DNA of 64,000 nucleotides from Acidobacteriota bacterium (GTDB lineage: Bacteria > Acidobacteriota > UBA6911 > RPQK01 > JAJDTT01), in NCBI GenBank assembly GCA_965217775.1, contig CBDCJH010000002.1, positions 384,001-448,000 of the forward strand, given 5' to 3'. Below are positions 37,822-48,556 of the stretch, one piece after another. The notes beneath the pieces are model-generated. The model saw nothing but the letters and a program-made list of their open reading frames with translations. It was not told the DNA's origin and made no database searches. A program made the position numbers and the translations under genes. The first letter of the stretch is position 1; each line of letters begins with the position of its first letter.

Positions 37822-39624
37822 ATGCTCTCTGGAGTTGAAAATCTGCTTTCTGTAAGCGAGCGCTCTTTCCCGTTGATCCTGACCCTCCTTTTCGGTGCTA
37901 CCATGGTTCTCGCCATGGGGCAGAACGAGCGATCGAAACCTGAATATCAGGTGAAGTTCAAGATTCACAATCTGGTCCCCATGCAGGACGGAGTCCATCT
38001 CTCGGCGGATGTCTACCGTCCCGACGCTCCGGGCAAGTTCCCCGCCGTGCTTCTGATGACTCCCTACAACAACATGAGAGGCGGAAACGACATGGAGCAC
38101 GCCCTGTACTTCGCCAAACGCGGGTATGCGGCCGTGCTGGTCGACTTGAGGGGACGGCACGATTCCGAAGGCGTATGGGACCCGTATGTGAACGATCCCA
38201 GGGACGGGTTCGATACCCACGAGTGGATCGGCAAGCAGGAGTGGTGTGACGGGAATCTGGGAACCTACGGGTACTCCTATCCGGGATTCACCCAGATCAT
38301 GCCGTCGGTTTACGGCAGCGAGTACCTCAAGTGCATGGTCCCGTCGGTCTGCCAGCAGACCAACTTCGGGCATCTCTACAACGACGGCGTGATGCAGCTC
38401 AACGTCACCTTCGTGGCCGGGTTCTTCTGGGCCGGTCACACCATGCAGTTTCTGCACGGACCGGGAATTACCGAGAATCCCATACTCGATTGGAACAAGT
38501 TCTTCTGGCGCCTGCCCCTGATCACCGCGTTGGACGATATCGCGGATCTGCCCTGGTTCCGGACCTGGATCAAGCATCCCACCTACGACGACTATTGGAA
38601 GGGCTACGGGGTCAAGGAGAAGTACGGACAGATCAAGGCGCCCGCCTATTTCATCACGGGCTGGTACGACAACCTGGTGCGTGAGAATTTCCGAAACTTC
38701 AACGGCTTCCGGAAAGAGGGCGGTTCCAAGGCGGCCCGCCAGACCAAGCTCCTGGTGGGACCCTGGACCCACAGCGTCAACAAACGCATGGAGACCTCGA
38801 TCCTCGATTTCGGTCCCGACATCTACGTCGACATCCTGGATGAACATGTCCGGTGGTACGACTACTGGCTCAAGGGAATGAAGACCGGCGTCGACACCGA
38901 AGCGCCACTCAGGATTTTCGTGATGCGCGCCAACAAGTGGCGGGACGAGTGGGAATGGCCGCTGGCCCGCACCAAGTGGACCAAGTATTACCTCAATAGT
39001 GGAGGCTCGGCCAATTCACTCTACGGCGACGGCACACTCGGCACTTCCAAGCCTTCGTCGGATTCCGCTCAGGATACGTTCGATTACGATCCAGCGAATC
39101 CGGTGGAGACCGTTGGAGGCCAGACCGAATTTCCGGCCAGCCAGAGAGGCCCGCAGAACCGGCTGGTGGTCCAGAGGCGGCAGGACGTCCTGATCTATAC
39201 GTCGGACGCGCTGTCGGAACCGTTGGAAGTCACCGGGCCCGTTGAGGTCAAGCTGCATGCGGCCTCCAGCGCCGTCGACACCGACTTCACGGCGGTTTTG
39301 ACCGAGGTCCTGCCTGACGGCCGGTCCGTCCATATCAGCGAAGGGGTCGTTCGAGCCAGCTTTCGCGACTCTCTGGAGAATCCGACCCATATCGAGCCGG
39401 GCAAGGTATACGAATACACGATCCACATCTGGGAGACGAGCTGGGAGTTTCAGCCGGGAAGCAAGATTCGGCTGGAGATCAGCAGCAGCAATTTCCCCCG
39501 CTGGGCCCGTAATCTGAACACCGGTGCCGAGTTTGGCATGACCTCGGAGATAAAGGTCGCCACGCAGACGATCTATCACAACGAGATGTATCCCTCGCAT
39601 GTGATTCTCCCGGTGATCCCGTAG
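37822..39624 (+). CDS. CocE/NonD family serine hydrolase
   Basis: VPMQDGVHLSADVYRP, DLRGRHDSEG, GYSYPG nucleophile, GWYD, GPWTH and ISSSNFPR. Confidence 0.9.
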   Translation: MLSGVENLLSVSERSFPLILTLLFGATMVLAMGQNERSKPEYQVKFKIHNLVPMQDGVHLSADVYRPDAPGKFPAVLLMTPYNNMRGGNDMEHALYFAKRGYAAVLVDLRGRHDSEGVWDPYVNDPRDGFDTHEWIGKQEWCDGNLGTYGYSYPGFTQIMPSVYGSEYLKCMVPSVCQQTNFGHLYNDGVMQLNVTFVAGFFWAGHTMQFLHGPGITENPILDWNKFFWRLPLITALDDIADLPWFRTWIKHPTYDDYWKGYGVKEKYGQIKAPAYFITGWYDNLVRENFRNFNGFRKEGGSKAARQTKLLVGPWTHSVNKRMETSILDFGPDIYVDILDEHVRWYDYWLKGMKTGVDTEAPLRIFVMRANKWRDEWEWPLARTKWTKYYLNSGGSANSLYGDGTLGTSKPSSDSAQDTFDYDPANPVETVGGQTEFPASQRGPQNRLVVQRRQDVLIYTSDALSEPLEVTGPVEVKLHAASSAVDTDFTAVLTEVLPDGRSVHISEGVVRASFRDSLENPTHIEPGKVYEYTIHIWETSWEFQPGSKIRLEISSSNFPRWARNLNTGAEFGMTSEIKVATQTIYHNEMYPSHVILPVIP

Positions 39625-39747
39625 AGAAGCTGCCCGATCGCGGAAAACGAGCAAGCGTCCTCCGGCCACCGGACCATAGGGCACACACGTCCGTCTGAAT
39701 TTTCGATCCCGTCGACCATCCCGACATGGGGTTCCGCCGGTGCGGGT

Positions 39748-41415
39748 TTGCTGCCGTTCCAATTCTCCGCATTGCGGTCTGCAATGATTGCAATCGCGTT
39801 TTTTCTCCTCTGCCATCCGCTGTACGCACAGCAGCCATCCGGCAGCCGTGTGCTGTTCTCCGACGTCACCCAGGCGTCCGGAATCGACTTTCTTCACGAG
39901 AGCGGTCAATCCCAGGAAAAACTGATCGTCGAGACGGTCGGTTCCGGTGTGGCGTGGCTCGACTACGACAATGACGGGCATCCGGATCTTTATTTTGTGA
40001 ACGGTTCAAGGATGTCTGAGAACAAGCCCTCGCCTGGAAATGCGCTTTTTCGAAACGACGGCGCCGGGACTTTCGAAAACGTCACCAGGAAGGCTGGAGT
40101 CGAAGGCAATGGATCGTACGGCATGGGTGTGGCCGTGGGAGACTACGACAACGACGGCCGGCTGGACCTCTACGTGACCAACTACGGTCCCAATCAACTG
40201 TTCCGCAACCATGGGGACGGAACCTTCGGGGAGGTGGCCTCGAAGGCCGGTGTCGACAGCCGGCAGTGGGGAAGCAGCGCCGGCTTTTTCGACTTCGATC
40301 GCGACGGAGACCTCGACCTCTATGTCGTCAACTATCTGGACTACGATCCGGACGACAATCCCTACTGTGGACTGCCCAAGGAGGGGTACCGTCTCTACTG
40401 CGACATCCGCATGTTCGAGGGAGCGGCGGATCAGTTGTACCGAAACGATGGCGACGGTTCATTTTCCGATGTGTCGAGTTCCGCGGGGATCGCCAATCCG
40501 GCCGGCAAGGGCCTGGGATTGACCTTTTCCGATTTCGATCTAGACGGCTACCCGGACATCTACGTCGCCAACGATACGATTCGGGACTTCCTGTACCGAA
40601 ACAACCGGGACGGCACGTTTTCCGACGTCACGTACGCCGCCGCAGTCGGTTTCGACGCCAACGGCGAACCGCAGGCGGGAATGGGGGTGGACGCGGCCGA
40701 TCTGAACCAGGACGGTCTGCCGGAGATCTTCGTCACGAATTTCGCGTACGAACTCAATGCGCTTTACCGGAACGGTCCCGGCCTTCTCTTTGAGGAGGTC
40801 TCGGAGAGAGTCGGACTAGGCTCCGGACTTCTTCCCCTGGGATTCGGAACCAAGCTCTTCGACTATGACAATGACGGCGACGCGGACGTCTACGTTGCCA
40901 ACGGACACATCGAAAACAACGTCCACCTCTACTTTCCCAACCTCACCTACGCTCAGACGGATCTTCTCTACGAGAACCTGGGAACCAGCTTCTTCGATGT
41001 CTCCGCCGAGAGTGGGACCCCCTTCAGTCGTCCGGCTGTCGGAAGGGGGGCGGCGGTTGCCGACTATGACAATGACGGAGACCTCGACATTGCGTTGTCC
41101 AACTCGGGCGGGTACGCGGTTTTAATGAGAAACGAAGGTGGAAACCGGAATCACTGGATCGCAATCCAGGCTCGCGGCCGGGAGAGCAACTCCTTCGGCC
41201 TGGGTGCCGGCGTGCGGATTGAGACGGTGCAAGGAACTCAGGTGGGGCAGATCAACAACGTGGCGAGTTATCTGAGTGCCAACGATCTCCGGGTATATTT
41301 CGGCTTGGGCCGGCTGCAGCAGATCAAGAGTGTCGAGTTGAACTGGCCCAGCGGCAGGAAACAGGTTCTTTCGAATGTACCGGCCAATCAGATCCTGAGA
41401 GTCACCGAGCCGTAG
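39748..41415 (+). CDS. CRTAC1 family protein (FG-GAP repeats, ASPIC/UnbV domain)
   Basis: Repeated DYDNDG..DLY units and C-terminal YFGLG...WPSG. Confidence 0.88.
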   Translation: MLPFQFSALRSAMIAIAFFLLCHPLYAQQPSGSRVLFSDVTQASGIDFLHESGQSQEKLIVETVGSGVAWLDYDNDGHPDLYFVNGSRMSENKPSPGNALFRNDGAGTFENVTRKAGVEGNGSYGMGVAVGDYDNDGRLDLYVTNYGPNQLFRNHGDGTFGEVASKAGVDSRQWGSSAGFFDFDRDGDLDLYVVNYLDYDPDDNPYCGLPKEGYRLYCDIRMFEGAADQLYRNDGDGSFSDVSSSAGIANPAGKGLGLTFSDFDLDGYPDIYVANDTIRDFLYRNNRDGTFSDVTYAAAVGFDANGEPQAGMGVDAADLNQDGLPEIFVTNFAYELNALYRNGPGLLFEEVSERVGLGSGLLPLGFGTKLFDYDNDGDADVYVANGHIENNVHLYFPNLTYAQTDLLYENLGTSFFDVSAESGTPFSRPAVGRGAAVADYDNDGDLDIALSNSGGYAVLMRNEGGNRNHWIAIQARGRESNSFGLGAGVRIETVQGTQVGQINNVASYLSANDLRVYFGLGRLQQIKSVELNWPSGRKQVLSNVPANQILRVTEP

Positions 41416-41417
41416 TC

Positions 41418-42737
41418 TCAACGCCCGCCCGCCGGTTCCGTGTACCCCAATTCTTCTGCACTGGAAGCATGTCTCTGCGACTTGGCCCGATCACCGGTCA
41501 ATGCGAACAACTGGGCCAGCCGGTGGTGAGCCTCGCCATGGTCGGGGTTGAGTTCCAACACTCGAAGATAGGAGCGGATCGCGTCCGCCGGCGAGTCCTT
41601 GGCGTCATACGCCCGGCCCTTTTCCAGGTAGACCTCCGACTCGAACTCCAGGTACTTCCTGGAAGCCGAGAATCCGACGGCGTACGAGAGAGCCGAGTCC
41701 AACTCCGCGAGGGCCGAGTCGGGTCGACCGGTGAGGCGATGAGCGCGGGCCAGTTCCAGGCGGCCTTCCGGCACCGCCGGACTGATTTCGACGGCCTTCC
41801 GAAGCAGCTCCGTGGCCTTCTGCAGGACGCCCTCTTGCAGGTAGACGGAACCCGCCTTGAGAACCATGTCGGAGGTGGCGCCCTGCAAAGAGATGGCGCG
41901 GTCCAATCGGCTGAGAGCCGCTTCCGTTTCACCTCGATCCAGGTGAGCCAATCCCAGGTAGTAGTGGGCTTGAGCCAGGTCCGGGTCCAGTATGACGGCA
42001 GACTCGTTCTGCCGAATCGACACCCGAGGATCCCCCAACTGCCGATTCGCTTCCCCCAGGAGAGAGAGCAGTTCAGGTGTGTTCTCAGTGGTCTTGAATC
42101 GCTCTTCCAGGGTCTCCTTGGCCTTTCGGGCCCGGCCCAGATCGAGATAGACGCGGGCCAGATGAAATCGGGCACTGGTATTGTCGGGATCGATGGACAG
42201 TGCCTGCCTGAACTCCCCCTTCGCTTCGCCGATCATGCGATAGGAGCCAAGGAGCCGGTAGACGTAACCCAGCATCAGGTGGGCGCCGGCCGACCTCGGA
42301 TCGTGCGTGAGAGCCATTTTGAGCTCCTCGATCGCTTCCTGGGGCTTGCCCTGATTCAGATACCTGGAACCGCGTCTTAACGCCTGTTTGGAGTAAGCCT
42401 GGTTTGCGGCCTTCCGTTCCAGCTTCCGGATCACGACGTAGCCCAGGCCGGGATCGAAGAAATGTGTCATTGACCCCGGCGGAATTCCTTCCACCTGCCG
42501 GCGCAACTCCCTGCTGAGTTCGCCGATGGACATTTGGCCGAGGTAGCCGCCGCCGGCAGCGGTGGGATGGTTGGAATATCGGTGTGCGACTTCGTTGAAT
42601 CGAGTGCCCGATTTCAGTTCCGACAGAACGTCGTTCAATTGGGATTTGGTGGCGACGGTGATGATCTGCAGATCGACGAGCGAGTCGTCCCGGACTGCCC
42701 CGGCCAGGCAAGAGGAGAAGACCCAAACTGAAAACAT
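41418..42737 (-). CDS. Parvulin/PpiC-domain plus TPR protein
   Basis: FNEVAHRYS...GGYLG parvulin motif followed by many TPRs. Likely start MFSVWV at 42737. Confidence 0.75.
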   Translation of the reverse strand: MFSVWVFSSCLAGAVRDDSLVDLQIITVATKSQLNDVLSELKSGTRFNEVAHRYSNHPTAAGGGYLGQMSIGELSRELRRQVEGIPPGSMTHFFDPGLGYVVIRKLERKAANQAYSKQALRRGSRYLNQGKPQEAIEELKMALTHDPRSAGAHLMLGYVYRLLGSYRMIGEAKGEFRQALSIDPDNTSARFHLARVYLDLGRARKAKETLEERFKTTENTPELLSLLGEANRQLGDPRVSIRQNESAVILDPDLAQAHYYLGLAHLDRGETEAALSRLDRAISLQGATSDMVLKAGSVYLQEGVLQKATELLRKAVEISPAVPEGRLELARAHRLTGRPDSALAELDSALSYAVGFSASRKYLEFESEVYLEKGRAYDAKDSPADAIRSYLRVLELNPDHGEAHHRLAQLFALTGDRAKSQRHASSAEELGYTEPAGGR

Positions 42738-42809
42738 GACGCGTGCGAGTCTTGGTGACACCGGGCAGATCCTTTCAAAGGCGGCGACGGATCGACGGCG
42801 GAGCGGCGG

Positions 42810-42875
42810 TGGAGCGGCGGTTTCCAGCCGCCGTCCTCCGGAAGCAGAGTGGGGGACAAGAATGTCCCCCCTCCC
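42810..42875. repeat. REP-like hairpin pair
   Basis: GGAGCGGCGGTTTCCAGCCGCCG and GGGGGACAAGAATGTCCCCC. Related hairpins occur at 53787-53863. Confidence 0.5.
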
Positions 42876-42980
42876 ACCTTGCTTCAGCCAGGATCCCGAT
42901 ACTATACTCCCTGCCAATTTTGTGATTCCAGGGAAGCATTTGGCATCCCTGGAGCCATTCCGAAGACTCCCGGAGAAAAG

Positions 42981-44768
42981 ATGTTTCCAGGAACGTGGAA
43001 CCGGATTTTGATCCTGCCGGCTCTGACCTTCATGGTGCCGGTCATCACCGCCGAGGCCCAACCGGAATGGGAACCCGGCCCCGAGCAGTATGCGGTTAAA
43101 GTCAAGATCAACGTGAAGGTCCCGATGCGGGACGGCGTCAATCTCTCTGCCGACATCTATCGTCCCGACGCGCCGGGTCAGTTTCCCTGCCTCTTGCTGC
43201 GGACCTACTGGGGCAACAATATCGGACCGTTGAAGGTGCCCTGGGGACTCTATTTTGCCCGCCGCGGGTACGGAGTCGCCCTGGTCGATGTGCGGGGGCG
43301 CTATGACGCCGAGGGTGTCTGGGAACCTTACGTCGATGAACCGCAAGACGGCTACGACACCCAGCAGTGGCTGGGACAGCAGGATTGGTGCAACGGTTCG
43401 GTGGGGACGTTCGGCCGCTCCTACGACGGCTTCACGGCGCTCATGTCCGCTCCACTCGGCAGCCCCTATCTGAAATGCATGGTCCCGGCTTCCAATCAAC
43501 AGACCAATTTCGGCCATCTCTTCAACGACGGAGTTCCCCAACTGGGTGTGATCTTCATGGCCGGAGTGTTTCTCGCGGGCCATACGCTGCAGCCCAACAT
43601 CTCCCGCTTCGCCCACGGAGAAGTGACCGTCAACTACGAGGAGGTGTTTCGGCGGCTCCCCCTCATGACTGCCTTGGACGACTTGGCCGAGGGTTCGTAC
43701 TACCAGGAGTGGCTGAGCCACTGGACCTATGACTCTTATTGGAAGTCCTATGGGGTCAAGGAAAAATATGGCCGGATCACGGTTCCGGCCTATCTGATGA
43801 GCGGATGGTACGACAACCTGGTGCACGAAGCGTTTCGCAACTTCGAAGGCATGCGCAAGGAGGGCGGCTCGGAGACTGCAAGGAAGGGAACCAAGATCCT
43901 GGTGGGTCCCTGGGCTCACGGCGGCTATCGGATGGCAGACGGAAAAACCGTCACTTTTGGAGACGGGCTCGATCTGCGGGAGGTCCACCTGAGATGGTAC
44001 GACTATTGGTTGAAGGGGATTGAAAACGGAATCGACCGGGAAGCGCCGATCCGCATCTTCGTGATGGGGGACGACCGGTGGAGAGATGAACAGGAGTGGC
44101 CCCTGGCCCGGACCCGGTGGACGGAGTACTACCTCTCCAGCGGCGGGAGAGCCAACTCCCTTCACGGAAATGGCCGGCTTTCTCCGCAACCGGACCCCTC
44201 CACCACCCCCACCGATTCCTACCACTACAATCCCCATGATCCAGTGCCGACTTTGGGAGGACAGATCTCGACCCATGGTGATCTGAAGGGTCCGAGAGAC
44301 CGCCGTCCGGTCCAGCGAAGAGACGATGTCCTGGTGTACACGAGCCCACCGCTGGACCGGGACACGGAAGTCACCGGACCGGTCGAGCTGAGGTTGTACG
44401 CGGCCTCAAACGCCAAGGACACGGATTTCACTGCAACGCTGACCGACGTCTATCCGGATGGACGGGCCATCCATATCTGCGAAGGGATTCAGCGGGCTGC
44501 CTTCCGGGAGTCTCTCGAGAACCCGAGTCTGATCGAACCGGGGAAGATCTATGAGTATCGCATCAGCCTCTGGGAGACCAGCACCGTCTTCAAAGCGGGT
44601 CACCGGGTCAGGCTCGAGATCTCCAGTAGCAATTTCCCCCGATATGCGAGAAATCTGAATACGGGCAATCGCCTGGGAACCAGCGCCGAAACGAAAATTG
44701 CGGAGCAGACCATCCACCATGATGGCCAGTACCCGTCGGCACTGGTTCTTCCCGTCATTCCTCGTTGA
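42981..44768 (+). CDS. CocE/NonD family serine hydrolase
   Basis: Signal peptide, GRSYDG, GWYD, GPWAH and ISSSNFPR. Confidence 0.9.
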   Translation: MFPGTWNRILILPALTFMVPVITAEAQPEWEPGPEQYAVKVKINVKVPMRDGVNLSADIYRPDAPGQFPCLLLRTYWGNNIGPLKVPWGLYFARRGYGVALVDVRGRYDAEGVWEPYVDEPQDGYDTQQWLGQQDWCNGSVGTFGRSYDGFTALMSAPLGSPYLKCMVPASNQQTNFGHLFNDGVPQLGVIFMAGVFLAGHTLQPNISRFAHGEVTVNYEEVFRRLPLMTALDDLAEGSYYQEWLSHWTYDSYWKSYGVKEKYGRITVPAYLMSGWYDNLVHEAFRNFEGMRKEGGSETARKGTKILVGPWAHGGYRMADGKTVTFGDGLDLREVHLRWYDYWLKGIENGIDREAPIRIFVMGDDRWRDEQEWPLARTRWTEYYLSSGGRANSLHGNGRLSPQPDPSTTPTDSYHYNPHDPVPTLGGQISTHGDLKGPRDRRPVQRRDDVLVYTSPPLDRDTEVTGPVELRLYAASNAKDTDFTATLTDVYPDGRAIHICEGIQRAAFRESLENPSLIEPGKIYEYRISLWETSTVFKAGHRVRLEISSSNFPRYARNLNTGNRLGTSAETKIAEQTIHHDGQYPSALVLPVIPR

Positions 44769-44832
44769 AACAGGGTAAAGAACCGGCCGCAATCGCCGTC
44801 ACCGGTCAAATATTGTCCTGAAAGGACGTTTC

Positions 44833-46005
44833 TTGAAGATCAGCGACATCAAGACGACTTTCTTGAATCTCCCCCACAGAGAGCCGGAGTTCGTGTCCAC
44901 CGGTTATCGCTTGGGGACGACCGAAATTCTTATTGAAGTGGAGACCGACGAAGGCGTCACGGGGCTGGGAGAGTGCATCTGCCGGCCCAATTCACAAGTC
45001 ATCGAAGCGGCCATCCTGTCCGCCAAGCCGTTCTTGCTGGGACGGGATCCCAGAAACATCGAGCGCATTCTCAATGATCTGAAGAGCCTCGGGAACTGGA
45101 GTTTTTTTGAACGTGTCGGCAACGTGATGATGGGAGGAGTCGAAACCGCTCTCTGGGACATCATGGGGAAGGTGTCCGGCCAACCGCTCTACTACCTGCT
45201 CGGGGGGTTGCTTCGGGAGCGCATTCCGATCTTCTACTATCTTCTCCGCTTCCCCCTGGACGAGATGGTCCGGAGGGCCAGGCAAGCGGTTTTCGAGGGC
45301 TACCAGACCATCTTCTTCAAGGTCGGGGGCGATATGAACGGCGACATCGCCGCCATTGAAGCGGTCCGTGACGCCGTCGGGACGAATGCCAACATCCGGG
45401 TTGACGCCAACGAGGCCTGGACCCCGGGCACGGCGATCCGCTTCATCAAACAGGTGGAGAAATTCGATCTGGAGTGGGTCGAAGAGCCGGTGATCATCAA
45501 CGATCTGAACGCCCTGGCCCACGTTCGACGCTCGGTCAACACCCCCATCGCCGCCAATCAGTCGTCTTGGACCCTGTACGACGCCAAGCGAATCCTGCAG
45601 GCCAACGCGGCCGACGTTCTGGTCATCGATCAGTGGCAGATGGGCGGGTTGCTCTTCTACAAGAAGGCAGCGGCGTTGGCCGAAGCCTATGGCGTCGGGG
45701 TCAATCATCATTCCTGGGGAGAAACCAGCGTCGGTCACTTCGCGGGCTTCCATGTTGCCGCCTCCAGCCCCAACTTCCTCTACGCCAATCAGAGCTATCT
45801 CATGATGCGGGAGGACGATATCATCCAGGGAGGCCCGCCCAAGATCGAGCAGGGCTGTGTGGAGATTCCACACGGCCCCGGGATCGGAGTTGAGCTGGAC
45901 CGGGAGGCGGTAGGAAAGGCTGCCGAGCGTTATCGGCGTGACGGGCCCTACGCGGCCCGCGAAGGGCGTGACGACCTTCCGGTCACGCTCATTCCTCAGA
46001 TGTAG
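44833..46005 (+). CDS. Mandelate racemase/muconate lactonizing enzyme family protein
   Basis: VETDEGVTGLGE, ALWDIMGK, RVDANEAW and WVEEP. Confidence 0.88.
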   Translation: MKISDIKTTFLNLPHREPEFVSTGYRLGTTEILIEVETDEGVTGLGECICRPNSQVIEAAILSAKPFLLGRDPRNIERILNDLKSLGNWSFFERVGNVMMGGVETALWDIMGKVSGQPLYYLLGGLLRERIPIFYYLLRFPLDEMVRRARQAVFEGYQTIFFKVGGDMNGDIAAIEAVRDAVGTNANIRVDANEAWTPGTAIRFIKQVEKFDLEWVEEPVIINDLNALAHVRRSVNTPIAANQSSWTLYDAKRILQANAADVLVIDQWQMGGLLFYKKAAALAEAYGVGVNHHSWGETSVGHFAGFHVAASSPNFLYANQSYLMMREDDIIQGGPPKIEQGCVEIPHGPGIGVELDREAVGKAAERYRRDGPYAAREGRDDLPVTLIPQM

Positions 46006-46014
46006 GTTCGACTC

Positions 46015-46179
46015 ATGGACAAAGGCGGCCGCCAAGGCGACTCTTCGGTGAACTTGGCTCAACTGGATCGGAACGAGCCCTCCTGGCGGAGTGCCGCCAT
46101 CGGTTTCGTTCTCATATTCCTGGCGGCGGGCCTGTTCTACCTTTTCTGGATTCTCCTGTTTCACCTGATTTCTCCATGA
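46015..46179 (+). CDS. Small 54-aa membrane protein upstream of the symporter
   Basis: MDKGG...AAIGFVLIFLAAGLFYLFWILLFHLISP. Its stop overlaps the symporter ATG (ATGA). Below the ORF-track length cutoff. Confidence 0.6.
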   Translation: MDKGGRQGDSSVNLAQLDRNEPSWRSAAIGFVLIFLAAGLFYLFWILLFHLISP

Positions 46180-47615
46180 ACGAGATCCTCTGGCCCCTGG
46201 TCGCCGTCTATCTGCTGGTCGTAGTGGGGATCGGCGTCTGGAGCGCGAAGCGGCGCGTGACGACCTATGAGGACATGACCGTCGCCGGGCGAAGCGTGGG
46301 TCCCTGGCTGATCGCCTGCTCGGTGGCCGCCACCTGGATCAACGGCGTCACCCTGATCACCATCACCGGCTTCGGCAAGAGCTTCGGTCTCAGTTCCTAC
46401 TGGCACACCAGCGCCGTCGGGATAGGTACCCTGTGGATCGGAATCTTTCTCATTCCTCGAATGTGGAAGCTCCGGGTCATCACCACTCCTCAGATCCTGG
46501 AACGCTTCTTCGGTCCGACGCATCGCCTGGTGGCGCTGTTCGTGGCAATGCTGCGAGATTTCGGCGCCACGGCGGGGACCATCGGCGCCACCGCCATCGT
46601 GACTTCGTCGGCGCTGGATATCAGCATCTTCACCGCCCTCGTGCTGACTTATTTCATCACCGTCCTCTACGTGGCGCTGGGGGGGATGTGGGCGGTGCTG
46701 CTCACCGATACGATCCAGTTCTTCATCATCGTGCTCGGCACGGTGCTGCTTCTGGTCCTGTCCATTGTGAATCTGGGCGGTCTGGGGGCAATGGTGGAGA
46801 AGGTCGACGAGCCGGCGCTGTTCTCCTTCACGGGCAACTTCGATGCGTTGGAGATCCTGGGCTGGTTCTCCATGGGCTTCTTCCTGGCCTGCGGGTACCA
46901 GAGCTTGGCGCAGAGAGCCTTTTCGGCATCCAGCGCCGAGGTGGCACGCCGAGGGTTCATCTACGGCGGGTTCCTGACCATATTGTGGTACATCATTCCG
47001 GCCTTGTTGGGGTTGGTCGGAATCGCTTTCTTTGGCAAGGACGTCGAAGCCGACCAGGTCTTTTTGAGCCTTTCGGGTCAGTTGGCGGGGCCATACCTGG
47101 GGAGCATCATTTTCATCGCCATCTTGAGCGCCAACATGTCGACCTTGAGTTCCACCATCGGGACCATGGGATCGAACGTGACCGTGGACATCTACCAGAG
47201 GTTCATCGATCCCCAGGCCGGCGCGTCGCGGATGCTCCTGGTGTCCCGATTGAGTATCTTGCTGACCGCGGTTCTGGCTTGCGTCACCTACTACTACATT
47301 CCGCTGCTGCTGGAGCTGTTCTTTGCCGGGGGCCGGCTGGTGGCGGGCTCGCTGTCGCCGGTGTTGATCGCCGTCCTTCTCTTCCCGTCCATGCGCAAGA
47401 AAACCCGGACGGTGTTGGCTGCGTTGACGGTCAGTGCGGTAGCGGTCATCGTCTCTCAGGCCGTCATGCCCCGGGAGCTCAAGGCGGGAGCCAGCTTTTT
47501 CATCTGGGTGTTCGACCCGGTGCTGATTGGCGTGTTGATATCAACCGTGGTCCTGGTGGTCGGCAAGCGGCTGGAGAGCGACAGATCAGACTCGCCGGTT
47601 TCGGCTGAGAGTTGA
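46176..47615 (+). CDS. Sodium:solute symporter family protein
   Basis: About 13 TM segments, YVALGGMWAVLLTDTIQ, QRAFSA and SANMSTLSS. Confidence 0.9.
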   Translation: MNEILWPLVAVYLLVVVGIGVWSAKRRVTTYEDMTVAGRSVGPWLIACSVAATWINGVTLITITGFGKSFGLSSYWHTSAVGIGTLWIGIFLIPRMWKLRVITTPQILERFFGPTHRLVALFVAMLRDFGATAGTIGATAIVTSSALDISIFTALVLTYFITVLYVALGGMWAVLLTDTIQFFIIVLGTVLLLVLSIVNLGGLGAMVEKVDEPALFSFTGNFDALEILGWFSMGFFLACGYQSLAQRAFSASSAEVARRGFIYGGFLTILWYIIPALLGLVGIAFFGKDVEADQVFLSLSGQLAGPYLGSIIFIAILSANMSTLSSTIGTMGSNVTVDIYQRFIDPQAGASRMLLVSRLSILLTAVLACVTYYYIPLLLELFFAGGRLVAGSLSPVLIAVLLFPSMRKKTRTVLAALTVSAVAVIVSQAVMPRELKAGASFFIWVFDPVLIGVLISTVVLVVGKRLESDRSDSPVSAES

Positions 47616-47650
47616 AGGTTGGGCCGGTAGGAGGAACGGAGAGAAAAATC

Positions 47651-48556
47651 ATGCCGTATCGACTCGCCCGTCTCAGAGCGTATCTTCCCGGCCTCCTGTT
47701 CGTGATCGGGACCGCAGGCTGCTCGGTTTCGGACCCGGCCGAGGTGAAGGAAGAGCCGTCGTCGCCAAGTGACGGTCTGAGCGCGGCGCTCAGCTTCCAT
47801 GCCTCCTTTGACCAGGGGCCCGTCGCCGATTTCGCCCGAGGCGATTCGCAGATCTACACGGCGCCCAAGTACGACCAGCTCGACCAGGCGTCGCCCGGCA
47901 TCGACGACCCGGACATCACCATCGAAAACAATGCAGGCCAGATTGGAAGCGCACTCAAATTCAGCCGGAGCTATAAACGCGCCTTGTTCTACAGGTCCGA
48001 GAAGAACCTGGCCTACTCGACCGAAAACTGGGCCGGCACCATCTCCTTCTGGCTCAATCTGAATCCGGATGAAGATCTGGAGCCCGGCTATTGCGACCCG
48101 ATCCAGGTGACGGACAGCGCCTACAACGACGCCGCGATCTGGGTGGACTTCAGCAAGGACCCGCCGCGGGAATTCAGGCTTGGAGTCTTCGGGGATCTGG
48201 AGGTCTGGAATCCGCAGAAAGTCTCCCCAAATGACAATCTAGATTTCATGAACCGGCTGGTTGCGGTCACACGCCCTCCGTTCAAGCGCGGCAGTTGGAC
48301 CCACATCGTGATGACCTACACCGGCCTGAACAGTGATGCCGGCGGCACGGCCCGGCTCTATCTCGACGGCCGGTTTCAGGGCGCCGCCGAAGGGATTCAG
48401 GAACCGTTCACCTGGGATCTTCCCGGGAGTACGATTCGGTTGGGGATCAACTACGTCGGCTTGTTCGATGAGTTGGCGATTTTTGACAGAGCCCTCGGTG
48501 ACGAAGAAGTCCGGATCCTCCACCAGCTCGAGGGTGGCGTGGCGGCACTTTACTAA
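47651..48556 (+). CDS. LamG-like jellyroll protein, probable lipoprotein
   Basis: Lipobox TAGC, GTISFW, WTHIVMTY and FDELAIFDRAL. Confidence 0.75.
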   Translation: MPYRLARLRAYLPGLLFVIGTAGCSVSDPAEVKEEPSSPSDGLSAALSFHASFDQGPVADFARGDSQIYTAPKYDQLDQASPGIDDPDITIENNAGQIGSALKFSRSYKRALFYRSEKNLAYSTENWAGTISFWLNLNPDEDLEPGYCDPIQVTDSAYNDAAIWVDFSKDPPREFRLGVFGDLEVWNPQKVSPNDNLDFMNRLVAVTRPPFKRGSWTHIVMTYTGLNSDAGGTARLYLDGRFQGAAEGIQEPFTWDLPGSTIRLGINYVGLFDELAIFDRALGDEEVRILHQLEGGVAALY

